Assembly: GCF_044324785.1 (NCBI RefSeq)
Contig: NZ_CP172127.1
Direction: 5' to 3' (one strand)
Source: Escherichia coli
Lineage (GTDB): Bacteria; Pseudomonadota; Gammaproteobacteria; Enterobacterales; Enterobacteriaceae
Length of the DNA: 64,000 nucleotides
The notes under the pieces were generated by a model that was given only the letters and a program-made list of their open reading frames with translations, was not told the DNA's origin and made no database searches. The position numbers and the translations under genes are program-made. This document shows, piece by piece, positions 47,717 through 64,000 of this stretch; positions within the stretch are counted from its first letter, which is position 1, and every line of letters begins with the position of its first letter.

Positions 47717-48299
47717 AGCAGTACGTATGCAAAGTAATGCCGATCTGTTATGAACGGTGGTGTCATCAATACTCTGAGGCTGGTCAATCATCACAGAAAG
47801 CCAGCCTTTGGATCAAAGCTGTACTCACCGAAAATGATCATAGTCACACCGAACGCGATTCAGGTGGAACTAAAACAATGTAATGTATTTCACCATCATA
47901 AATAAGACAACCTGAACTTAAATCTCCGTTAACAGGCATACATTATTATGAGTGGTACTGATGTAATTTGTAATATTGAAATATGAACTGATATTGTTTG
48001 TTCGTCCTGACATATCTTCCTCCATGATGTAATTAGCTAAACATTAACGTAATTTGACTGCATAGCAACAATGATAGCCATCAAAAATAGCTCATGTACT
48101 TCGTTTTCCGCTGGCGTGGAACAGGTGGTTATACCATGTGTGAAAGCGTTTATTAAAAAAGAAAGGAGGCTCAACTATCTTCAGACTAACAGGGAGGTAT
48201 GGGAAAATGCAGGTATATTAATGGAGCGTTTGACAGCAAACGAATGTAAAAGGCAGAGCGCCCCGAATGGAGCACTCTGTAAGAAAATATAGCGAAAAA

Positions 48300-56915
<8,616 letters not shown>

Positions 56916-57112
56916 GCTTACCTTCCCTGAACGAGCTAACATAAATGCGCCCTTTCTAGCACAGCGAAAAAAAGTAAATCCTGATAGCAATATGATTGAA
57001 AATTAATAACTTTTCGTTAAGCAGTTTTGAGTGTGAGTTGCAAGAGGGGAGACTACTGAATTACTCAAGTTTTATAATCGAGGGGAAAATGGTGATGGCG
57101 TTCATAGCAAAA

Positions 57113-57140
57113 CGCCCTCAACCATAAAGGTTGAGGGCGC
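57113..57140 (-). terminator. Terminator downstream of asnT
   Basis: Hairpin gccctcaaccataaaggttgagggc with a T run on the minus strand. Confidence 0.5.
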
Positions 57141-57227
57141 TTAAGATGTCAAAAACCCGCTATCCGTTAAAAAGCAATGCTCAACTAAGATCAGTGACAT
57201 TGCGCTAAAAAGCGAATTTTTAGAATT

Positions 57228-57303
57228 TGGCTCCTCTGACTGGACTCGAACCAGTGACATACGGATTAACAGTCCGCCGTTCTACCGACTGAACTACAGA
57301 GGA
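57228..57303 (-). tRNA. asnT: tRNA-Asn (GUU)
   Basis: Fourth identical 76-nt tRNA-Asn copy, between yeeJ and mtfA. Confidence 0.97.
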
Positions 57304-57403
57304 ATCGTGTGAACGGGGCGCATATTACTTAGCGGTACCTTGTCTGTCAACACTAAATTTCATAAGCCATTTCAATTGGTTAATTAATCTGCAAAGTTGT
57401 TAA

Positions 57404-58201
57404 TTAATGAACATTCGTCGCCGAAAACGAGTCTGTATCATTAGCGTGATGCAGTCTCTGCAAAGGATCTTGTTGATAAAATTGGCAGAAACGTTGCCAC
57501 AATGAAGGGAAACGAGGAGCAAAAAGTTCTGGGGCGCTAAAGAAATATTCAGAAAGTACGGCAAAACACTCAGCAGGATCACTGGCAGCATAAGCATCGA
57601 TGCTCGCCGCATTCTCGCCAACTAATTCGATTTCTTCCTGAATGTTGTTCATTGCAGCATGAAGATCGTGTTCCCAGCCAGCAACCTCACGCAACGGAAT
57701 AAAGGGAACTCCGCTGGCGCGATCGCCGTTACGGGTGTCCAGCTTATGAGCGACTTCATGAATAATCAGGTTAAAACCAGAAGCATCAAAAGAATCTTGT
57801 ATATCCAACCAGTTCAAAACGATAGGCCCTTGCTGCCAGCTCTGACCTGACTGAACAATACGTTGGTTATGCACCAGACCGATATCGTCTTCCCATTCGT
57901 CATCGACCACAAATGGCGCAGGATAAATTAAGACTTCATGAAAACCATCCAGCCATTCCAGTCCTAACTCCAGAACGGGCAGGCAAAATAGAAGTGCTAT
58001 CCGGCAGCTTCTTAATGAATCCAGTTCAAAGCCCTGTAAAGGAACAAGCCGCTTTTGCTGTAAAAAACGTTCGGCAAGAGTGACTAATTTGCTTTGTTCC
58101 TGTTCCGTCAGACACGTTAAAAGGGGGATCGATAGTGCTTCCTGCCAGGGAAGGGCAGTTTGATGTGCTGATTCTTGTACTTTCCAGGGCCACTTAATCA
58201 T
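57404..58201 (-). CDS. mtfA: Mlc titration factor A (aminopeptidase-like)
   Basis: [31 protein letters not shown].. with HEVAH zinc motif (265 aa); internal ATG of ORF 57404..58240. Confidence 0.92.
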   Translation of the reverse strand: MIKWPWKVQESAHQTALPWQEALSIPLLTCLTEQEQSKLVTLAERFLQQKRLVPLQGFELDSLRSCRIALLFCLPVLELGLEWLDGFHEVLIYPAPFVVDDEWEDDIGLVHNQRIVQSGQSWQQGPIVLNWLDIQDSFDASGFNLIIHEVAHKLDTRNGDRASGVPFIPLREVAGWEHDLHAAMNNIQEEIELVGENAASIDAYAASDPAECFAVLSEYFFSAPELFAPRFPSLWQRFCQFYQQDPLQRLHHANDTDSFSATNVH

Positions 58202-58294
58202 CGTTTTGCTCGCAAACTCGTCACTTGAACAAAATTGCACGGACAGGGACTGTTAAAATGCCAAATTTCCTGGCATCATGGCAACCATCTGAAC

Positions 58295-58384
58295 GGAGAG
58301 ATGCCGGAGCGGCTGAACGGACCGGTCTCGAAAACCGGAGTAGGGGCAACTCTACCGGGGGTTCAAATCCCCCTCTCTCCGCCA
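58295..58384 (+). tRNA. serU: tRNA-Ser (CGA)
   Basis: GGAGAGAUGCCGGAGCGGCUGAACGGACCGGUCUCGAAAACCGGAGUAGGGGCAACUCUACCGGGGGUUCAAAUCCCCCUCUCUCCGCCA, 90 nt with long variable arm. Confidence 0.95.
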
Positions 58385-58469
58385 CTTTATCAATGACTTA
58401 CGTCACTCACTTTTCACCGTCGATCCCCCTGTTAGAACGGACTTAGAATATTCACTTAGAATTAGACCG

Positions 58470-59498
58470 TCACGGGTTTCTGCTCAGAACTGTGACATCC
58501 AGCACCGGAATATCCAGAGTCGGAGTTACTGCGGGTTTGCGATCATACGTCAGCACTTGCGCCTCTGTTTTGTGACCAGAGAACAACTGCTTTTCTTTAC
58601 TGCTTCCGTCGTAGTCTGAGATCCCCTTCGCTTTTAAATCGTGAAACGTTCCCGTAATCGGGTAGCCCAGCTTTTCACTTGCCGCCGCCCTGGCTTTACG
58701 CCAGATATCGTTAAATCCGGTATAGCTGTATTGCCCGCCATATTTGTTACAGACCACGAAATGTTGTCCTCCCAACGATTTCGCCTGCTCAAGTGCGAAC
58801 GTCAGTCGCTCTGAATACTGTTTGATCTGCTTTTTGCCAGTCTTACCCTGTTGGATAAACAACCCCTTACTCATTACCTGATCCCACGTCAGCTTTCGTA
58901 TATCGCCGATCCGCGTGGCGCACAGATAGGCGATCTCCATCGCGCACTGTAAAACGGGAGATGCCTCCTGATAAATTGCGATATATTCCTCGTCCGTGAA
59001 ATAGTAGTCGCGGGGCTTGAGGGAAAATTTACTGACGCCCTGGCATGGATTCCCTTTTACGTATCCGCGTTCGTATCCCCAGCGGAATACTCGCGACATA
59101 CTGGCTTTTTCATGGTTCGCCTGTGTTTTGCTTTTCAGCCCCCGCTTGTCCATATACAGCCGCACGTGAGCAGGTTTTATGTTGTCGGCTTTCATTTTCC
59201 CGAACGCGGCGAGTAATTTCTTCTGGTGCTGCAGATAATCCTTTTGTGTACGCTGACCGAGTTCCAGATAGTAGGTGCTGTTGAGAAATTTGTTCCAGAG
59301 TTTACTGAACGTCATGACATCAATAGCATCATTCAGGATCTCTTCGTATTTCACCCATACCTGAGCAATTGACAGATCATTAATTTTACCCAGCGTAATA
59401 CACTCTCGGGGCGTTGGTTTGAAATAATAGCTGTATTTGTTTTTATAAACGCGGGGTGGCAGCTTATTATCTTCCGCGTTTTTTCGTGTTCTGCTCAT
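58470..59498 (-). CDS. int: Lambda-family tyrosine integrase
   Basis: 342 aa; N-terminus MSRTRKNAEDNKLPPRVYKNKYSYYFKPTPRE.. resembles the lambda Int arm-binding domain; C-terminal ..TGTFHDLKAKGISDYD.. catalytic region. Confidence 0.85.
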   Translation of the reverse strand: MSRTRKNAEDNKLPPRVYKNKYSYYFKPTPRECITLGKINDLSIAQVWVKYEEILNDAIDVMTFSKLWNKFLNSTYYLELGQRTQKDYLQHQKKLLAAFGKMKADNIKPAHVRLYMDKRGLKSKTQANHEKASMSRVFRWGYERGYVKGNPCQGVSKFSLKPRDYYFTDEEYIAIYQEASPVLQCAMEIAYLCATRIGDIRKLTWDQVMSKGLFIQQGKTGKKQIKQYSERLTFALEQAKSLGGQHFVVCNKYGGQYSYTGFNDIWRKARAAASEKLGYPITGTFHDLKAKGISDYDGSSKEKQLFSGHKTEAQVLTYDRKPAVTPTLDIPVLDVTVLSRNP

Positions 59499-59713
59499 CA
59501 GATTGCATCAAAATTAGGTTGTTCTTCTTCGGCTATCTGCGCGGGTCTGGCTCCGGACAGCGCGGCGTTTACATGCGTCCACGTGACGCGAGGTCGCCCG
59601 TCGCGGCGTTTTACATAAGAGATCCCGGCACGGGTCAGGGCACCGCATTGTTTTGACGGGAACTGGTAACCGGTCAGTTCAACCAGTTCCTGGTCTGTTA
59701 GCAGGTCGTTCAT
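59498..59713 (-). CDS. xis: Excisionase-like protein (DUF4224-type)
   Basis: 71 aa MNDLLTDQELVELTGYQFPSKQCGALTRAGISYVKRRDGRPRVTW.., immediately upstream of int with overlapping start/stop. Confidence 0.65.
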   Translation of the reverse strand: MNDLLTDQELVELTGYQFPSKQCGALTRAGISYVKRRDGRPRVTWTHVNAALSGARPAQIAEEEQPNFDAI

Positions 59714-59903
59714 GGTCTTTCCTCATAATGCGGTAAATCAGGTCATCTGCCGCCTTGCAGGCACGGGCAATATCAGACTCGGTCAAAGTCTGTTTCCTGA
59801 CGCTGGCCGAGAGTCGGCCAATTTTGATATCAAATGCGGAGAGCAGAGTTGCTCCCGGTTGCCATCGCAGCATTGTGATCCTCCGGTTACTGGTGAATCG
59901 CAA
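59679..59903 (-). CDS. Hypothetical prophage protein (74 aa)
   Basis: ORF in the prophage early-left region; no family recognised. Confidence 0.3.
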   Translation of the reverse strand: MRFTSNRRITMLRWQPGATLLSAFDIKIGRLSASVRKQTLTESDIARACKAADDLIYRIMRKDHERPANRPGTG

Positions 59904-59922
59904 TGCTAGCGATGGTGAGTTT

Positions 59923-60105
59923 TTATTTCTGATTAGGCGTAATCAGTTCTGGTGGGGGGAATGCCGATTTCTCCCGCGTGACCTTAATGTTTTCTGGCAG
60001 GTGTAGCCCAAGTTCGCAGCGGCTCCGTGCTTCAATAATGCCATTGGTACCATCGGCAAGTACCAGGTGAACCGCGTCACCACGCTTTAATGTGAGTTTA
60101 AGCAT
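59923..60105 (-). CDS. Hypothetical prophage protein (60 aa)
   Basis: ORF whose start abuts the stop of the upstream gene; no family recognised. Confidence 0.3.
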   Translation of the reverse strand: MLKLTLKRGDAVHLVLADGTNGIIEARSRCELGLHLPENIKVTREKSAFPPPELITPNQK

Positions 60106-60674
60106 TAGCGTACCCTCAGCGAACGTTCGCCGTGTTCCAGATGTGCGCCTGGTACCGGGTTTAATAATTCGGCTGGTGGTGTTTCTCCACGCGCCAGTAT
60201 TTCGGCGGCAACCGCCTCCGCAGATTCAATCACTTCTTTAATGGCTCGTTTGTTTGGTGTAATAACCGTTTCTACATCAACAAGTGACACGCCTTCATAC
60301 TCATCCGGGATCTTATCTTTGCTATCGATAATTACCCGGATAGCCCCCTGTGCATCAGTAAATGTGTTTTTTGCGGTTTTCAGTTTATCCAGGCCAGCAG
60401 CTTGCAGGCAGGCGAGCATATGCTTCCGAATTGCTTTTTCCTTGCCTTCAAAGGACGTCTTACGGGTAGCCAGGCGAGACATTTCTTCAGCGCAGGTACT
60501 GGCATTGCCCTGTAAATTACGGCAGATGACCATCATGGCGTCCAGTTTGTCTCCCAGTTCTCCTTCCATACCTTCAAGCGTGTCGGCGATCATCTCTGGC
60601 GTCAGTTCGTCGGAGGTTTCCAGCAGGTCAATCAGGCTGGCGTATTCTTTTGCAATAGCGATAGCGGTGCTCAT
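60105..60674 (-). CDS. Hypothetical prophage protein, possibly Siphovirus Gp157-like
   Basis: 189 aa, acidic with a coiled-coil-like N-terminus; sits directly downstream of the large gene whose C-terminus looks like a ssDNA-annealing protein. Family assignment is from memory only. Confidence 0.4.
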   Translation of the reverse strand: MSTAIAIAKEYASLIDLLETSDELTPEMIADTLEGMEGELGDKLDAMMVICRNLQGNASTCAEEMSRLATRKTSFEGKEKAIRKHMLACLQAAGLDKLKTAKNTFTDAQGAIRVIIDSKDKIPDEYEGVSLVDVETVITPNKRAIKEVIESAEAVAAEILARGETPPAELLNPVPGAHLEHGERSLRVR

Positions 60675-62884
60675 GCTGTTTGCTCCTGTGCGGCGGCGAG
60701 AGCGGCGAGGCGTTCGGTTTTGATTTCATTCAAACGGCGCAGGCGCGAACCAAGATAAGTTGAATACTCCTTATCACCTTTGGATTCTGCGGCCTTGCGG
60801 TGAACTTCTACTTCCCGCGCAATAAGGCCATAGACTTTATTAACTTCATTGGGGGTTACGGCTGCAGCCAGTGTTTTGGCAACACCTGAGAGTCGTTCAT
60901 CCAGTTCTTCACGCAGTCGGGTAGCATCCTCTACTTTCTCGCTTGCCTTCTTAATACCGTATTCTGTATTCAGCTCGGCGGTGTAGGCACTATCGTTATG
61001 CATATCCATATAAACATCTGCCGCAAATCCCAGATGAGATAGTGCTTTGACGGTGGCATCAGTAAGAGACTTTTTGGAGGCCTCTTTTTCCATTACCAGT
61101 GCCCCTTTGTTATTTTTTGATATGTAATCCGTGTGGCCATATGACGGAATAAATCCTTTCACTCCGTTCCAGATGTACCAGAGATCTATCCGGATGGTGT
61201 GTACTGACAGGCAGAACAGGGAACCGTCAGCATCCCTGACAGGTTTTTGTCCAATAATTTTCCCTGTCTGATCCTGTATAGGTTCAAGTAATGGCACACC
61301 GCGATCCACTCGCTCCTCCTTGATTTCAACTCCCCAACCAATGCCTTCCATTCCCAGCACTTCAGTCGCACGCATCAAAATATATTGTGCGCGTATGGAG
61401 TGCAGTCCTGCACCGTAATCATTATGTGTGACATACGCAGGATCGGTCCGCTGAACGCGATTCCAGATAGCCAAATTTGCTTTGCTCTGGTCATCATTCA
61501 TTGCTGACAGATAATGCTCCATGCGAATTGATGCAGTTTTTTCCTCGGCATGGATCCGCTCAACCAGCGCGTCAACGTTTTGCACCAGGTCTTTTACCTG
61601 CTCGCTAAGTTTTTCTTGTGGAGGAGTCTCTTCTGTCGGGGTAATAGCTGCAGGTTCCCTCTGTGATACTGCGTTATTTTCAGGTACGTCATACACATGG
61701 CGAGGCGTGACAAACTGCTCACGCAACTGCTGCAAACTACGTTCTCCAGCATTTGCTGCTTCGCTTTTTTCGCCCTGATTTGAGGGTGTTTCTGACATCA
61801 TTCCATCAATTGAGAATCGCCCGCCGCCGTGGTTGGTGACTTTTACATCATCCTTTGGTGCTGTTTCCTTTGGCTTCTCTTCAACAGCATTTGCATCACG
61901 CTGCCCGTTAGCTTGCAGCCAGTTGTCGATGTGACTGCGCAGGGATTGCGGGAAGTGGTACGTGTCTTTTGCGGGGGCGCTCTGAATAACACCGAATACT
62001 GATGCGCGGTCATAGGCAAGGATCTGATCCGTTGTGCGCAAGGCCATTGACCAGCGTTTAAAATCCTCCCGATCCTGGCTGATTATTTCGTCTGCCGCTT
62101 TCAGGACGCTGGGGGTGATTTTTTCCGGGCCAACGGGTAACAGGGCGCAGGCAATTTCACGATCCAGTGTGGCGTGAGTCTGTTTGTAAGGACGTGCGGA
62201 CGGTTTTACCTCCGGCAGCATTTCATCGCGTTTACCGGGATTCTCTACCCATTTTTTTATAAATTTGGAGATAGTCCAACTGGTCGGGTTTTGTTCCTGG
62301 GTATCGCAACTTGCCAAAATTGCATGTATCAGATTATTCAATCCAGCAATATGCATGTACTCGATGGGCTTACACGCCACCATGGCATCAAGAACGATGC
62401 GGTTAAACGCGTCAACCTCATCCTCACTGTCAGTATCACTGTTGTCGAGCATCTCCAGGTATTCACGCGTCTGCGCAAGCAATTCACTGTCGACTTCGTT
62501 GGCGTCGTGGCTGAACAGCAGAACGGCGGCGAATCGTTCACGAGCCGGCAGTTTCATCAGGTCGTTAACCTGTGCGATATCTGCTGAACCGCTATCTACA
62601 ACGGGGGTGTTAACTACCCATTTTTCGCCATCAAAACTGTGTTCTGTGGCGAACGTCTCATCAAACTCACCAACGCCTGGGCGCGGTTGGCCCGGGGCAT
62701 CTTCCCAGATTTTAGGTTTGAAATAGTTGTCGCCGTGGTCAGGGTAGGCTTCCCACAATTTGCCGATGATGATGTTCTCGGCAACTTTTTTGTTAGGGGC
62801 GTCGATGGCGATGGCCAGCGCCGGGATCGCGCCGTTTTTGAGCGCGCCTTTTTTCGCTTCTAACAAGCCGTTAAAAATGGTCAT
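60671..62884 (-). CDS. Large prophage early protein (737 aa); C-terminal third resembles Erf/Rad52-like ssDNA-annealing proteins
   Basis: Strong SD (GAGGAAAG) before the ATG; C-terminal region ..GIGWGVEIKEERV..KKSLTDATVKALSHLGFAADVY.. has the signature typical of phage SSAPs; N-terminal about 450 aa unassigned. Confidence 0.45.
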   Translation of the reverse strand: MTIFNGLLEAKKGALKNGAIPALAIAIDAPNKKVAENIIIGKLWEAYPDHGDNYFKPKIWEDAPGQPRPGVGEFDETFATEHSFDGEKWVVNTPVVDSGSADIAQVNDLMKLPARERFAAVLLFSHDANEVDSELLAQTREYLEMLDNSDTDSEDEVDAFNRIVLDAMVACKPIEYMHIAGLNNLIHAILASCDTQEQNPTSWTISKFIKKWVENPGKRDEMLPEVKPSARPYKQTHATLDREIACALLPVGPEKITPSVLKAADEIISQDREDFKRWSMALRTTDQILAYDRASVFGVIQSAPAKDTYHFPQSLRSHIDNWLQANGQRDANAVEEKPKETAPKDDVKVTNHGGGRFSIDGMMSETPSNQGEKSEAANAGERSLQQLREQFVTPRHVYDVPENNAVSQREPAAITPTEETPPQEKLSEQVKDLVQNVDALVERIHAEEKTASIRMEHYLSAMNDDQSKANLAIWNRVQRTDPAYVTHNDYGAGLHSIRAQYILMRATEVLGMEGIGWGVEIKEERVDRGVPLLEPIQDQTGKIIGQKPVRDADGSLFCLSVHTIRIDLWYIWNGVKGFIPSYGHTDYISKNNKGALVMEKEASKKSLTDATVKALSHLGFAADVYMDMHNDSAYTAELNTEYGIKKASEKVEDATRLREELDERLSGVAKTLAAAVTPNEVNKVYGLIAREVEVHRKAAESKGDKEYSTYLGSRLRRLNEIKTERLAALAAAQEQTA

Positions 62885-62914
62885 TGGTCTTTCCTCATTA
62901 CAGGTCAGTGGTCT

Positions 62915-63235
62915 TTAGTAGGGGATTTCATCAGTATCTGGCGTGTATTCGATGCAAAGTAACTGCTGGATTTTGTCATCGATAGCAGCAATACGCTGTT
63001 GGGCGTCGGCGACTGTTTTCTGTTTTTGTTCACGCAGCTGCTCGACCTGTAAACCGATGATGTCGATTGGCTGGGGCTGGTTGACGGTAATTTCAATTTC
63101 GCGGCTTTCCAGAAGGATGTACCTGTCTGGAAAATTTTTTGACATATCAACCGTCGCAATAAGCAGCTTTTCATGGCTGAAAGTTGAAGTTGCATAATGA
63201 ATAAAGAGTGTTACTGGGATGGTGCGCGCTTCCAT
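62915..63235 (-). CDS. Hypothetical prophage protein (106 aa)
   Basis: ORF MEARTIPVTLFIHYATSTFSHEKLLIATVDMSKNFPDRYILLESREIEITVNQ..; no family recognised. Confidence 0.35.
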   Translation of the reverse strand: MEARTIPVTLFIHYATSTFSHEKLLIATVDMSKNFPDRYILLESREIEITVNQPQPIDIIGLQVEQLREQKQKTVADAQQRIAAIDDKIQQLLCIEYTPDTDEIPY

Positions 63236-64000
63236 AGCGACTCCTTGGTGATGTATACTCGGGACCGATCAGCGAATATTGATCAGCTTCCATAGCGTCA
63301 GTGTCGTTGGTCTTTCCTCATCACAAGTTTGGTCACTTGTGATAAATCCGAATGGTTTGGTCGCCGTTCGGGGTAACTGGCCCGCCTTGTGCGGGTCTTT
63401 TGCTATCTAAAGGGTGCCGGTTACGTTTCCGGCGTCGTTATGTTTCCATCACGACCGTACGGGGCTGGTCTTTCCTGTTTTGAGCTGGTCAGGCTCATGG
63501 TCAACGCTGGTCAGGCGTGGTACTTCCTCCGGTCTTTCCCTGGTGTCACGCTGCGGGTTTGGCCTCTCCTGTTGGGGACTCAGGCACAGCGATAAAACCT
63601 GGCTGTGTGAAAAAATGGCCCATCGTGCGGACTGGGCAAAGACTAAACACAGCAAATTGATGATGGGCGCCCGGAATCGAACCGGGTAACGGGCAGGGAG
63701 TTCCCGTTAAACACCTGTTCACCACAACCGGGAGCGCACTCCGCCATTTCAAAATTTAACGACAAAGCTCAAAGTTGAGTCGATGAAGTGCGCTCTCGTG
63801 TTGTAGCCAGGACTCTTCCCTGGTGGTCACACCGTATCGCCTTGATGGTGAATCAATCGCTCATACCTGGCTGTGGCTTGCACATTCCGGCTACCTGCTA
63901 TGGAGACAACGCGTTAAGGCTCCGCTTCCATCCAGACCGCTTCGACACATGTGCCATATGCCGGTGAAGTCTTTCCCTCTGTCATCGTGCTGTCGGCGAC

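Larger units (their letters stand above)
58385..64000. mobile_element. Left end of a lambdoid prophage integrated at serU (extends beyond the window)
   Basis: A lambda-type integrase and an excisionase-like gene lie directly 3' of tRNA-Ser, followed by a leftward early-region operon of phage-like genes. Confidence 0.8.

Noticed and set aside
56916-56990. N-terminal extension of the yeeJ ORF (MLSGFTFFRCARKGAFMLARSGKVS)
   Set aside because: The conserved YeeJ N-terminus starts at MATKKR; the extension lacks RBS support.

Overview
Enterobacterial (E. coli-type) chromosome, in reverse orientation relative to the K-12 map. Gene order: 3' end of the O-antigen cluster (GalE/Gne-like epimerase) - gnd - ugd - wzzB - his operon (hisIFAHBCDG plus leader hisL and attenuator, minus strand) - yeeZ - yeeY - plaP - yeeE - yeeD - sbcB - dacD - sbmC - yeeA - yeeX - cobUST - ldtA - asnV - nac - cbl - asnU - yeeO - asnW - [about 10.5 kb island] - yeeN - amn - shiA - yeeL (frameshifted) - yeeJ (giant adhesin) - asnT - mtfA - serU - [lambdoid prophage, continues past window end]. 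The most interesting locus is the island at asnW (about 31428-41975): a frameshifted P4-type integrase, ORF-poor DNA with palindromic repeats, a Ner-like HTH gene overlapped by a Cys-rich unknown ORF, and a PAAR-Rhs polymorphic toxin whose 139-aa low-GC C-terminal tip I do not recognise, followed by a Sel1-repeat putative immunity gene. Gene calls rest on my recognition of protein sequences in the ORF track and on reading the DNA; no database search was run. Coordinates of non-ORF features (hairpins, repeats) are good to about +/-2 nt.
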